Assembly (NCBI GenBank): GCA_963700635.1
Contig: CAVOYH010000003.1
Span: 448,001 to 512,000, forward strand
Reading direction: 5' to 3'
From: an uncultured Bacteroidota bacterium
Lineage (GTDB): Bacteria; Bacteroidota; Ignavibacteria; UBA10030; UBA6906
DNA: 64,000 bases
Made by a program: the position numbers and the translations under genes. Below, one piece after another: positions 38,987-49,280 of the stretch; position 1 is the stretch's first letter, and every line of letters starts with the position of its first letter. The notes beneath the pieces are model-generated. The model ran no database searches. It saw only the letters and a list, made by a program, of their open reading frames with translations, and was not told the origin of the DNA.

Positions 38987-39816
38987 GCCTTCCCTCCCGG
39001 GTCTCCCTGTTCCTCGCCCTGCTACTCCTGCCCGGCTTCCGGGGGGATCTGCGTGCACAACCATTGGCGGATTCCATGGCTGTGCAGTTCTTTCCCACCG
39101 AACAGCTCTTTCCCCGACTGCTTGCTGATGGGACAACCCATCAACTGGGTATCGCCAAAGATCTCCATTCACGGCGCTGGCTGGGGAGTATAGGAGCCTT
39201 GCGCCCCGTGTTCCAGTTTTCTCTCGGAACAGTGGTTCTGCAGGCGGGAATCGGCGCGACAGTGCAAACAAGTATCCTCAGGAAATCCCCTCACCTTCAG
39301 GTGGTAACGGTAGATTTTTTTGTTGACGTCCCTGTTGATATCCGTCTGTCACGGGTGCTCACGCTCCGTACCGGTTATGGCCACTACAGCGCCCACCTTG
39401 CAGACGATGGAATTGAATTGTTCGGCCGTTCGTCTATCAATTACGCCAAGGACTACATTCGTCTGCTGTCCGCGTATGCTCTTCCGGTGTTAGGGGGATT
39501 CGTGTACGGGGGCGGACGGATGGACTTCCATACCCTTCCCGAAACGCAGAAGCACTGGGTGGCACAATTCGGAGGCGAAGTTGGGAACATCACCATCTTG
39601 CCGAACGTCAACCTGTATGGCGCGTTTGATTGCCGGCTCAAGGAGGAGGCCGCCTGGCGATCAACCCAGAGTTACCAGCTCGGGGTCAAGCTGTTCGAAC
39701 GTCCGGCGGGCAGGGCGCGTATCGCGTACACATTACGCAGAGGCATCGATGACCGCGGACAGTTTTACACGTCCGAGACCGATCTCAGCCTGTTTGGCGT
39801 GTTCGTCGATTTCTGA
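38983..39816 (+). CDS. DUF1207-like outer-membrane protein
   Basis: Signal peptide, FPRLLAD, HYSAHLADD and C-terminal Phe. Confidence 0.65.
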   Translation: MSLPSRVSLFLALLLLPGFRGDLRAQPLADSMAVQFFPTEQLFPRLLADGTTHQLGIAKDLHSRRWLGSIGALRPVFQFSLGTVVLQAGIGATVQTSILRKSPHLQVVTVDFFVDVPVDIRLSRVLTLRTGYGHYSAHLADDGIELFGRSSINYAKDYIRLLSAYALPVLGGFVYGGGRMDFHTLPETQKHWVAQFGGEVGNITILPNVNLYGAFDCRLKEEAAWRSTQSYQLGVKLFERPAGRARIAYTLRRGIDDRGQFYTSETDLSLFGVFVDF

Positions 39817-39823
39817 ATCACAC

Positions 39824-42064
39824 CTATAGCCTCCTTGCCAGCACGACCGCCTTCTTCGCAGTCACGATATTCCCTCCCTGCCCATCGATTGCTTCAACAT
39901 AGAGGATGTAGATGCCTGTCCGGAGGGGTTGCCGGTTGTTGTCATATCCATCCCAGACCACCTCACCCGCCGCTCCGGCCGGAGCGGTGTTTATCAGATC
40001 GCGCACGCACCGGCCTCGCAGGTCAAAGACCTTTATGCGTACCAGAGCGGACCGCAACGGTAGCCGGTAACGGATGACGGTCACATCATCACGGCCATCG
40101 GCATCGGGAGAGAATGGATCGGGCATACAGGAGAGAGATGCATCACCGGGCAACACGGCGACCGCGATGCTGTTCACCTGACCCGGAGTCCCTCCTGATC
40201 CATGCACGCTTGTGCCCCAGTTGTTCGGATCGTTTCCAGAAAGATGTGGATGGTACCGCTCCATTGAGCGGCCGGCCGGATCGGGAACATTGGCCGAGTG
40301 CCATGAAACCAGGTACGCTACGCTATCCACCATGCTTCCGTCGGGTGCATACACCACCACGCAGTCCCCTTCATTATTTAGCCCGAGTCCGGTTCGGTTG
40401 ACAACGCTACACTGCTGCGGGTTGCAGCCGGGCCAGCGGAGTACAGTGGAATCACCCGCAACCACGTGAAACTCCCCCGGGCGTAGACGATGCGACGAGA
40501 CGGTTACGGGCCACCGGTTAACACTGCCCGAAAGGAGTGGCCTGTCCGAGATCCAGCACCCTGACAAATCCACCTCCGCTGTTCCACAATTGATCAGTTC
40601 CACATACTCTGCGGTACCCCCGATCGGGGACGCCATAATCTCGTTGACCCTGATCATGCCACGGGGAATCGGCAACATGATCGCAGATACCCTTCGATTG
40701 TTCTCCGGGCGCTGATCTCCGGGCCATACGATTTCAGCAAGGATCAGAGTGTTCCCCGGACGTGGCTGGCTCCAAACCAAATCGACAGCAAGGGAATCTC
40801 CGGGAGAGATCATCCAGGTTACCAATGCTGATGCCACAACTCTGGCGTCGGAGACCACCGAGTCGCTTCCGGGGGCGCAATACAGGCGAACGGAGAAGTT
40901 GCCCGACGGTTGCCTTCCAGGATTGTACACGACAAGCCGGAGGAGTGCCGACTCCGGAAGAGCCGCCGATACCACCGACACGGTTCCTGCCCGGAGGTCA
41001 TTTTCCCGGATGACGATGCTATTGATACGCCCGGGTGTTCCCCGTGATGATTCAAGACAACTCCCCCACAGACGTCCATCCAGGGCCGGCCGGAGGGGGT
41101 CTATACGTTCGAGCGTTATCCCTGCACCGCCTCCCCACTCTTGCCTGTACCAGACACTATCCATGCACCGTCCGTAATGGTCCCGCAGAAGTACACGATC
41201 TCCTGTGTTGTTCAATGAAGGAAATCCATCAGGCTGGAAGATCTTGATATGCTCCGCAGGGAAAAAGGCCCGGAAGGAAGACGAATCAGCCACCACAACA
41301 GTGTAACCCTCCGCCTCCAGCACAGAGGTGTGGTTCGTGAGACGGTGGGATGTTGATTCTGAAGCATCGCTCAATGTCCACCCTTTCAGGTCGACGGCCT
41401 GCGGACCAGTATTGTACAGTTCGATCCATTCCGGTTCATTGGACGCCGGCTGGTACTGGATTTCATTCACCACGACTGCGCCCGCAGGTACTTCCGGAAG
41501 GGCAACGGTGATACGGACATCGTCAATCCTGAATGTGCCTGTGGTTCCTGCGGCGTCCGGAAGAATATGAAAACGGACAACCACTTCCCGGCATCCTTCG
41601 AGCGCCAGCGGCAGGGGAAGGTCTGCCTGGACGTATGATGAGCCGCTCCCAAGGGCTGGCGCATCGCCGACCACATGAACGAAAGTCGTGCCGCCATCGA
41701 CCGAGGCTTCAACAACACATCGGGCAGCAAATGTTGAAGAGCGTCGGACCAGAAAGCGAATTCGATCCGGTTTTCCCGACGAACAATCAATCAGGGGAGT
41801 GTCCAGCCATTGCTCCACGGTAGCATTGCTGGCTAAAACCGCATTGGGGACACTGGATGGTGAGGAAGTCACACAGGTAAAATCGGGAACACCGGGAGTT
41901 CGTTGAGTTGAGGAGCGCCAGCCCGGGGGTAACGCAGGAGGGATTGTGGTGTCAAATGTCTCCTCATAGGGTAATGATACCCCCTGCATCGCACCAAGAG
42001 CACACCCCAGGGAAATGCTAACAGGCAAGAATGACAAAACGCAAATCCTGGCGAATGGACGCAT
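39824..42064 (-). CDS. Secreted lamin-tail-domain protein with C-terminal FlgD-like/T9SS domain
   Basis: Two VNEI...E(W/Y)xEL...LNNxGD...GTPGxxNS modules; PFSPDADG and WDG C-terminal domain. Confidence 0.85.
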   Translation of the reverse strand: MRPFARICVLSFLPVSISLGCALGAMQGVSLPYEETFDTTIPPALPPGWRSSTQRTPGVPDFTCVTSSPSSVPNAVLASNATVEQWLDTPLIDCSSGKPDRIRFLVRRSSTFAARCVVEASVDGGTTFVHVVGDAPALGSGSSYVQADLPLPLALEGCREVVVRFHILPDAAGTTGTFRIDDVRITVALPEVPAGAVVVNEIQYQPASNEPEWIELYNTGPQAVDLKGWTLSDASESTSHRLTNHTSVLEAEGYTVVVADSSSFRAFFPAEHIKIFQPDGFPSLNNTGDRVLLRDHYGRCMDSVWYRQEWGGGAGITLERIDPLRPALDGRLWGSCLESSRGTPGRINSIVIRENDLRAGTVSVVSAALPESALLRLVVYNPGRQPSGNFSVRLYCAPGSDSVVSDARVVASALVTWMISPGDSLAVDLVWSQPRPGNTLILAEIVWPGDQRPENNRRVSAIMLPIPRGMIRVNEIMASPIGGTAEYVELINCGTAEVDLSGCWISDRPLLSGSVNRWPVTVSSHRLRPGEFHVVAGDSTVLRWPGCNPQQCSVVNRTGLGLNNEGDCVVVYAPDGSMVDSVAYLVSWHSANVPDPAGRSMERYHPHLSGNDPNNWGTSVHGSGGTPGQVNSIAVAVLPGDASLSCMPDPFSPDADGRDDVTVIRYRLPLRSALVRIKVFDLRGRCVRDLINTAPAGAAGEVVWDGYDNNRQPLRTGIYILYVEAIDGQGGNIVTAKKAVVLARRL

Positions 42065-42171
42065 GATCAATCCAACCATTGCGGCATAAGCATACACCCA
42101 TACTACCCGCCAGTTTGCTTTATTGCGAAAGAATCCATATATACCGTTGTTCTTTGAGCAAGGTGAAGAAT

Positions 42172-42543
42172 ATGGACGAGACGAGAATACTGATTGCTGA
42201 TGATGAGGAGGCACTTCGCGAGCTGCTTCGCGAGCAGTTGACCGCTCAAGGGTATTCTATTGATGAAGCCCAGGACGGTGTGGAAGCGATGGAGAAGCTT
42301 CATCAACATTCATATCATCTGGCAATTCTTGACATTAACATGCCGCGAAAGAACGGGCTTGAAGTGTTAAAACATATCCGCGAGCAGAAGCTGCCGATGC
42401 GGGTCATCATGCTCACCGGACGGCTTGGCTTTTCCGTGGGCTCGGAGAGTATGTTGCTGGGAGCGGATGAGTACATCACCAAACCGTTTGATCTTGACTA
42501 TCTGGAAATGGCTATCAAGAAGGTTTTAGCGCCATCCCCGTGA
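42172..42543 (+). CDS. Single-domain response regulator (REC)
   Basis: ILIADDE, LDINMP, MLTG and YITKPF motifs. Confidence 0.9.
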   Translation: MDETRILIADDEEALRELLREQLTAQGYSIDEAQDGVEAMEKLHQHSYHLAILDINMPRKNGLEVLKHIREQKLPMRVIMLTGRLGFSVGSESMLLGADEYITKPFDLDYLEMAIKKVLAPSP

Positions 42544-42637
42544 GATCGGATCCCGGATGGTTTTCCTGCTCCGCTCTGTTTCATTCCCACCTGGTTCAAG
42601 CCTCCTGTCGCACGGCACCATGTTGTGTATCGCCATA

Positions 42638-44332
42638 CTACTTCAGCACCAGCATTTTCATCGTCCTGGAAAAACCGTTTGCAGTCAGCCGGTACACATA
42701 CGTCCCCGAGGCCAGGGCTTCTGCATCGAACGTAACAGCGTAGCTCCCTGCGTCATGGACATCATCAGCAAGTACCGCCACCTCTCTACCCACTATGTCG
42801 TAGACTGCCAGCCGTACCCGGCCGGTCTCCGCAATCCGAAAGACAATCTCTGTCTGAGGATTGAATGGATTCGGATAGTTCTGGGCAAGGGAAAATTCTG
42901 ATGGCGTGATACCATTTCCACTTCTTCCATCGATTCCGGTCGTGGTATTCCTGTAGTCTGTATTCTGGGGATCAAAGTTCGTCCACCCCGCAGTCCACTG
43001 CCCGCTCATCGGAACCGCCGGATCAAATGCCCCACGATACATGACAGCGTCGAAAAAGGGATCCGACAGCCGCGGGTTGGAAAAACTCGCACTGCCGATC
43101 AACTCCGAACCGGCAGCCGGGACCGGATTCGGACTGTTCAGGTTTGACATGTCTGTGAGACCCACGGCGCTTGGATTCCGGGGACTCGAACCGGTGTTGC
43201 CGAAGGCGGCCGTGTTATACCATGCCGCAATCCCGGGCCACTGCGATGAATCGTGCACCGTGGAAGACCCGCTCGGCCGTTGCGAGGCCGCTATACTGGT
43301 GTTCCGAATCTGTAGCGTGTCGATTGTTGCATGTGTGATCGTGTTGACATCCCGAATCCTTAGTCCCCACGGATAGCCGGCAAGAACCGAATTGTAGATG
43401 CTCAATCCCGTCGAACGGCGTAACAGGGCACTGTACTGAAACTTGTTGCCGGGGGGAAGATTACCGACAAGCGCATCAGACCGCTCCGGCCCGATAAGAG
43501 TGATGTTAGAGAAATAACTCTGTGAATAAGGGGTTGCGATGGAGGTGGCCGACCCGTCATTGTCCGATTCGAATCCGTTTGATTCGCCGGTGGGATCCCA
43601 GTTGTTCAGATCCCTCAAACCGAAACCAAACTGTATCTTCCCCTGCCATCCGAAATCAGAATCAAACTCATCATCCACCCCGCCGAATGCGACGAGATGT
43701 TTCGCATTCACCGTGCCCCCGAACCACTCGTAGGAATCGTCGTTGGCATAACTCACCTGTACGTGATGTAGCTCCGTGCCGCGTCCCACTCCACCCATAG
43801 TGAGACCGTTCGTTTCGTTGTTCAACTGGAACCGGTAGCCGGCGTACTCGATCCGGACGTACCGGAAGATCCCGCTAGTGTCAGCCGGGTCCGTCCCGCC
43901 GTAGGTCCCCCCGATAATCCCCCCTTCGATCAGGGGTTCCACCTTGTTCACCGGGGCCCTGCCCAGGATCATAACACCCCCCCAATCCCCGGGAATCCGG
44001 GATCCCGCGGGCTTGTTGCTGGTGAAAACAACGGGTTGAGCTGCGTTCCCCAACGCGAAAATCCTCGCGCCCCGGGTGATAATGAGCGTCGCAGCGGAAT
44101 CGGCGAACACCACCGTCCCTGGTTGTATCGTGAGGCTGAAGGTGGAGTCGACATAGTACAATCCGGTCAGGACATAGGCCGTGTCTGCGGAAAGCGTACG
44201 ATTCCACTGTTGATGGTATGAAGTCCGTCCGGCATTGAGACCCGGTCCCAGCACCGTTTCAGGCGAAACTGCAAACGCCGTCCATGCCATCAAAAAATGT
44301 ATAAGCGTCCATAAGAGTCGAACATGTCTCAT
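42638..44332 (-). CDS. Secreted beta-helix surface protein with T9SS type A sorting domain
   Basis: PGDWGG, SGIFRYVRIEYAG and DDSYEWFGG motifs; FSLAQNYPNPFNP C-terminal domain. Confidence 0.85.
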   Translation of the reverse strand: MRHVRLLWTLIHFLMAWTAFAVSPETVLGPGLNAGRTSYHQQWNRTLSADTAYVLTGLYYVDSTFSLTIQPGTVVFADSAATLIITRGARIFALGNAAQPVVFTSNKPAGSRIPGDWGGVMILGRAPVNKVEPLIEGGIIGGTYGGTDPADTSGIFRYVRIEYAGYRFQLNNETNGLTMGGVGRGTELHHVQVSYANDDSYEWFGGTVNAKHLVAFGGVDDEFDSDFGWQGKIQFGFGLRDLNNWDPTGESNGFESDNDGSATSIATPYSQSYFSNITLIGPERSDALVGNLPPGNKFQYSALLRRSTGLSIYNSVLAGYPWGLRIRDVNTITHATIDTLQIRNTSIAASQRPSGSSTVHDSSQWPGIAAWYNTAAFGNTGSSPRNPSAVGLTDMSNLNSPNPVPAAGSELIGSASFSNPRLSDPFFDAVMYRGAFDPAVPMSGQWTAGWTNFDPQNTDYRNTTTGIDGRSGNGITPSEFSLAQNYPNPFNPQTEIVFRIAETGRVRLAVYDIVGREVAVLADDVHDAGSYAVTFDAEALASGTYVYRLTANGFSRTMKMLVLK

Positions 44333-44441
44333 TCGGGCATCTCCATTACGTTGTGTGATGTTCACGTTGATGAATCGTCGAATATGATTTTCGGTGTTCC
44401 GTTCCGGACCGCACACGACCACCCTGTCCTGCCTCAAAAGT

Positions 44442-47159
44442 CTATAAGTTCAACGAAAGTGAGAGCGTGTACGTTGTCCCCTGGGACCATGCAGCATAGG
44501 GAACTCGCTGGTCGCCGCTTGTCAGGACACGCTCTTTTCCGGCGATGTTCTTCACGGCCGCCTTCAGCTCGAGGCCCGCGATCAGCCGCTGGGTCAGAGC
44601 GACATCCACCATATCCCTCGCTTCCTCGTACACATCCTGGTCCCGGACATCACCGACTGCATTCAGCCTCCGGCCGAATTTGTTGTAGAACACACTCACC
44701 GAGCTCCCCCATTCCGGTACGGCGTACAGGAACGAAACGTTCAACGCCCACGGAGACTGTCCCTGCATGGGACGCGTTGAACGGCTTACAACGGGCCGTC
44801 CGGATTGATCGGTCCGGAGATCAGTGTATTCCACTTCCGATGTGACGATGGTGTAATTGCCGGACACCGACATCTGTGAGAAGACACCGCCCAGGAATGA
44901 AAGCGACTTCCTGAGCTCAAATTCCCACCCCTTGTTCGAGCCGCCCGGCGAGTTAAACCAGGTCTTCACGTACCGGTCAGGCGCTGCAATAAGGCGTTCC
45001 TCAATGGCATTGTGGAAGTGCTTGGAGAAGTAGCTCACCGCAATCACTTCCCCGATATCGGGAAATATCTCCAGACGCACATCGTAGTTGTGAATATAGG
45101 CCCGCGAGAGATTCGGATTGCCGATGACATTCTGGTCCTGGTCAAAGTCCAGGTAGAGCACATTGGCCAGCTCCCGAAATTCCGGGCGGTTCACCGATTG
45201 ATAGTGTGCGAACCGGAGATTGACCGTCTCTGACACCAGATACTTCAGGTTTATCGATGGCAGGATATCCGTATTACGCACTGCTGCGGTGGCAGGAGTG
45301 GGGTCATCAATCGCTTTCGGGGAGACCACATTCCCTTCCGCATTCTCCAGCCGCGCACCACCCGTAAATCTTAAGTGCTGCTCCAGCACCACCAACGGCA
45401 CGTCCACCATCAGGTACCAAGCGTTCAACCGCTGACGTCCGGAATACGCACCTGTAAATGTTGAGGCCTCGACAAAATTCAGCTTCCCCGCCCCGAAGTT
45501 GCGGGCTGCAAAGATCTCCTCAACCGGAAGGAGGAGAAGCGAATAATAGCGGGGGTCACGTCCGGGGATTGTTGAAAACGCCTGAATCCCGAACGATCGA
45601 TCCTTCAATTCAGCCGTCGCACCAATCTTGATCTTGGCAAACTCCAGAGGATAGGTCAGGTCGACACTCACACCCCTTGTTCTCTCATGGAGGGCTGACC
45701 AGGTGCGGTAGTTTTCTCCTAGTGATTCGTCACCCGATGAACCCAGGGTATATTCGACCTGCTTCCGGTCCGGCTCTCTGGCCGTCGAGGAAGAGGCAAA
45801 AAGCTTCCACTGCGCCTCAAGATTGCCCGCAAAATCCAGCACATGCTCACCGGTGAGCTGACCGATATACAGCGAGCGCTGATCCCACTCAATCGTCTGA
45901 CGGCGCGAGCCGCTCCCCGCCACATTGATGCCACTGGACATTGATACCCGGTCCTCGGCCGATTGATTATAACTGTTCCGAACGCTGATCGTGTGCAGGT
46001 TCGACAGTCTATAGCTCACGTCCAGCAAGCCGGCCCAGAGAACAGAGTAATCATACCGGGTACCGTCAAACCGGAACACCGGCGAACCTCCATACACATA
46101 CGCCGGCGCTTCTTTGAAACCTGTTGTCATGAACGAATTGGAATACGAAAGTGCTCCCACAAAACCCAGTTCATCATCCCCCAATGAAAGCCGGTCTCCC
46201 AGGGCCAGGTCAAATGACCCGTTCACCGGCGCCCGCTGATTCCGGACGGCCCAGGTATTCGGCAGTGTCTGTGCAATCTTTTCCGCGCTTGCCGCCCCTT
46301 CGGGAAGAGCACGCTGTCCGTCGTCTGCACCTAGCCAGTCCTGATGCCCGCCCTGGGACCCCATAAAACTCTGTGTTGAAGTTGCAGAATTGTATGATGA
46401 GGAAAGGCCGAGACGGATCACGCGATTCGTCGGGAAGTCCAGGGTGCTCACCTGCACAAAACCCCCGCTGAAGTCGCCCGGCATGTCGGGCGTCGCGGTT
46501 TTCACCACCAGCGCATTCTCGAGAAGGTTGGAGGGAATCATGTCGAAGGAAAAACTTCTTCGGTCCACATCCGTGTCAGTACTCGTGACCGATACGCCAT
46601 TGAGTGATGTTCCGTTGTAACGGTCGGTCACCCCGCGTACATACACAAACTTGTTGTCGACGATCGTCAAACCTGTCACCCGTTTAAGGGCGTCACCGGA
46701 TGTCACATCAGGAGCCCTCCTGATCTGCTCCGCACTGATCCCGTCTCCGATGATGTTCGATTTTCTCCTTTCAGCGAGGAGCGCGGCTTCTGTCGCAAGA
46801 ACCCGCTCGGCTGTAACAACAACCTCTTCCTGCCTGAGCGCTTCGGCGCTTAACGTCACGTCGAGCCGCAGGATTTCACCGGGCTTGAGCGTGACCCCCG
46901 TGACCACCTTTGGGCTGTATCCGACATAGGAGAGGCGGACATTGTACGATTCCGGAGGGATGTTGCGAACGATAAACGTACCATCGATGTCCGTAACGCC
47001 ACCCATACTCGTCCCGATCAGGAGACAATGCGCACCAATAAGTTCTTCCCCCGATTCCTGATCCAGAATCCGACCACGGAGGGTTGCCTGCTGGGCGTGT
47101 GTAACACTCGTCCCAAACACCAGTAACGTAACGAGCAAAGAGAAAAGACCTTGTATCAT
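44442..47159 (-). CDS. TonB-dependent receptor with N-terminal carboxypeptidase-regulatory-like domain
   Basis: Plug motifs DALKRVTG, YVRG..DRYN and FDMIPSNLL; NRPEFREL and GNPNL barrel motifs. Confidence 0.93.
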   Translation of the reverse strand: MIQGLFSLLVTLLVFGTSVTHAQQATLRGRILDQESGEELIGAHCLLIGTSMGGVTDIDGTFIVRNIPPESYNVRLSYVGYSPKVVTGVTLKPGEILRLDVTLSAEALRQEEVVVTAERVLATEAALLAERRKSNIIGDGISAEQIRRAPDVTSGDALKRVTGLTIVDNKFVYVRGVTDRYNGTSLNGVSVTSTDTDVDRRSFSFDMIPSNLLENALVVKTATPDMPGDFSGGFVQVSTLDFPTNRVIRLGLSSSYNSATSTQSFMGSQGGHQDWLGADDGQRALPEGAASAEKIAQTLPNTWAVRNQRAPVNGSFDLALGDRLSLGDDELGFVGALSYSNSFMTTGFKEAPAYVYGGSPVFRFDGTRYDYSVLWAGLLDVSYRLSNLHTISVRNSYNQSAEDRVSMSSGINVAGSGSRRQTIEWDQRSLYIGQLTGEHVLDFAGNLEAQWKLFASSSTAREPDRKQVEYTLGSSGDESLGENYRTWSALHERTRGVSVDLTYPLEFAKIKIGATAELKDRSFGIQAFSTIPGRDPRYYSLLLLPVEEIFAARNFGAGKLNFVEASTFTGAYSGRQRLNAWYLMVDVPLVVLEQHLRFTGGARLENAEGNVVSPKAIDDPTPATAAVRNTDILPSINLKYLVSETVNLRFAHYQSVNRPEFRELANVLYLDFDQDQNVIGNPNLSRAYIHNYDVRLEIFPDIGEVIAVSYFSKHFHNAIEERLIAAPDRYVKTWFNSPGGSNKGWEFELRKSLSFLGGVFSQMSVSGNYTIVTSEVEYTDLRTDQSGRPVVSRSTRPMQGQSPWALNVSFLYAVPEWGSSVSVFYNKFGRRLNAVGDVRDQDVYEEARDMVDVALTQRLIAGLELKAAVKNIAGKERVLTSGDQRVPYAAWSQGTTYTLSLSLNL

Positions 47160-47252
47160 AGTGATTGACCTGAATGTGTGTGATACTCCGGATCCTGCGA
47201 CGCTATGGGAATCCCGGTTTTGTGTGAATCGAAGTGTACCAATGTACCACGC

Positions 47253-47296
47253 GGGTATTACCTGGGTATTAAGCGGGGATTATGAAATTGTTATCC
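47253..47296 (-). promoter_or_regulatory. Four direct repeats at 11-bp period upstream of the TonB receptor (OmpR/PhoB-type operator candidate)
   Basis: GGGTATTACCT / GGGTATTAAGC / GGGGATTATGA / AATTGTTATCC; the TTA core ends at 47260, 47271, 47282 and 47293. Confidence 0.55.
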
Positions 47297-47349
47297 GTGT
47301 TGCCGACTTTTCACAGTTCTTTGTGGCGTTTTTCCTGTATATTGTCTGC

Positions 47350-48594
47350 ATGGAACGATTCGCCGAAATGTTTGCCGATGCCGTGCGCGCGCACAAAGGC
47401 GCGAGGCGAATCCTTTCCGACGGGGAATGCCAGTCACGCTCCGGAGCCTTGTGTCCGCTCTGTTATGCCGGAATCCTTGAGGTGGACCAGGAACGTACGA
47501 TCAGAAATCATGTCCTGCAGCAGTGGTGGCACGAGGCCGTGCCCGGCACACCTCTCGACCCACTTGTTCCCTCCCCTCAAGGACGATATTACCGATCTGT
47601 ATCAAAGCGGAAAGTATTCAGGCAGGGACGTTCACTCACGCTGGGCCTTATCAATCCGGATGCCGATCGCGGAGAGGGTGCACTCCGGGTTATCCGTTGT
47701 GCTATCGAACCACTCGCTCACAATACCCTGTACGAACTGATCGACTCCTGGCTCTCCCGGCCGGGAGCGGCCCCCCTGCACGAAGTGCTTCAGTATGTAA
47801 TCATAAAAGGCGATGAGAAGGAGCATATCGTCATTCTGAACGTGCGGTCAATTAACGCGTCAGTGATCAAGGCGGGGAACGTGCTTTCCAAGGCTGTAAC
47901 GGCATCTGACATGCATGTGAGCGGGTTCTTCCTGTATGAGGATGATTCAGGCGGGAAATACTATCTTGGATCACAGGACTCGGGTGCACCCGGACGGCTT
48001 CAGCGAGTATACGGCGCAGGCACCCTTTCTCACAAGACAGCAGGAAAACGATTTGTCTACCCTCTGCTGGCGTTCTCACAGGTAAACCAGTCCATGCTGG
48101 ACCCCCTGGTTTCCACTGTGTCCGGATTGCTGGAGCTTCCCCTTTCCGGGACGCTTTACGACCTCTATTGCGGGTATGGACTGTTTGGCATCTCCCTGGC
48201 AGCGAAGGTGAAACGTGTCATCGGGGTGGACATTGCTCCTGCTGCAATCGATGCGGCCAGGCAGATCGCGCAGCACCTGCGCCTTGGAAACACACGTTTT
48301 CAGCGCAGTAATCTGACCGCCACCTCTCTTGCCTCAGTGATGCAGCGATCCGGGGAGGAGGACGGCGTTGTGCTTGATCCTCCCCGCAGCGGAACTTCGG
48401 ATGGAGTTATCGAGGTCATTGCCGGAAGGAGATGCCATCGTGTTGTACACCTGTTCTGCAACATTGACATCCTGCAACAGGAGGTCAGGCGGTGGGAAGC
48501 GGCGGGGTATACGCTCACACGGGCGGTCCCTCTGGATATGTTTCCGGGAACCTCAACGACTGAAATAGCGGCACTGTTTGAACCGCGGGGCTAA
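47350..48594 (+). CDS. RNA m5U methyltransferase, TrmA/RlmD family
   Basis: FSQVN, DLYCGYG, LDPPRSG, catalytic FCN and DMFP motifs; start moved to ATG 47350. Confidence 0.85.
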   Translation: MERFAEMFADAVRAHKGARRILSDGECQSRSGALCPLCYAGILEVDQERTIRNHVLQQWWHEAVPGTPLDPLVPSPQGRYYRSVSKRKVFRQGRSLTLGLINPDADRGEGALRVIRCAIEPLAHNTLYELIDSWLSRPGAAPLHEVLQYVIIKGDEKEHIVILNVRSINASVIKAGNVLSKAVTASDMHVSGFFLYEDDSGGKYYLGSQDSGAPGRLQRVYGAGTLSHKTAGKRFVYPLLAFSQVNQSMLDPLVSTVSGLLELPLSGTLYDLYCGYGLFGISLAAKVKRVIGVDIAPAAIDAARQIAQHLRLGNTRFQRSNLTATSLASVMQRSGEEDGVVLDPPRSGTSDGVIEVIAGRRCHRVVHLFCNIDILQQEVRRWEAAGYTLTRAVPLDMFPGTSTTEIAALFEPRG

Positions 48595-49280
48595 CGCGAG
48601 GGAACTTTCTCGAAGGGGATGTCCAGAAGGGGATAGTCGCGCCAGTCTTTGTAGTCAAAATGCCACCACTCGGCGGGTTCAACACGAAAACCTTCTTTCT
48701 CCATCGCCGCCCGCAACACACTCCGCAGCCTCCGTTGATCTCCGGTGCCGCCTGTATACGAGCTTGATGCCTTCTCACTAAAATCGTCATAGGGGCTTGG
48801 CATGGAGACTTCCTGCCCGGTGCCGAGGTCTATGAGTGTCAGGTCGACCGCACAACCGCGGTTGTGTTTTGATCCTTTCCGGGGGTTTGCCACGAATTTT
48901 CTCTTCACGGGGGGCGTTTCGTCCCAGAATTTCTTTGTCACAGCCCAGGGGCGATAACCGTCAAAGACAAGCAACCCGAATCCCTGAGTCTTCAGGGAAT
49001 GATGTACGCGCACGAGGGCTTCGGCGGCGGGACGTTGGAGGAAGACGCGTGCCTGCGCGTACATTGGTCTCCCCATAAAGTTGTCGGAGGTCGCATATTT
49101 GACATCCAGCCGGATCGTGGAGTCCAGCGTAATCAATTCCACGAGTGTCCGTGCTGCTGTGCTGTCACGTACCTGAGCCGTCAGGGGACTAAAAACCGCC
49201 AGCAGACACATGGCGGCCAGGAACATCCGTGCACAGCGCGCGGAACGGATTCCCGCTATCATATCTGCTGTTTCGCCCAT
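48591..49280 (-). CDS. D-alanyl-D-alanine dipeptidase (M15D, VanX/DdpX-like), exported
   Basis: YATSDNF, DGYRP, SKHNRGCAVD and EWWHF motifs. Confidence 0.92.
   Translation of the reverse strand: MGETADMIAGIRSARCARMFLAAMCLLAVFSPLTAQVRDSTAARTLVELITLDSTIRLDVKYATSDNFMGRPMYAQARVFLQRPAAEALVRVHHSLKTQGFGLLVFDGYRPWAVTKKFWDETPPVKRKFVANPRKGSKHNRGCAVDLTLIDLGTGQEVSMPSPYDDFSEKASSSYTGGTGDQRRLRSVLRAAMEKEGFRVEPAEWWHFDYKDWRDYPLLDIPFEKVPSR

Noticed and set aside
48591-49280. vanX as part of a vancomycin-resistance cluster
   Set aside because: No vanH, vanA or vanRS nearby; it has an export signal typical of housekeeping M15D dipeptidases.
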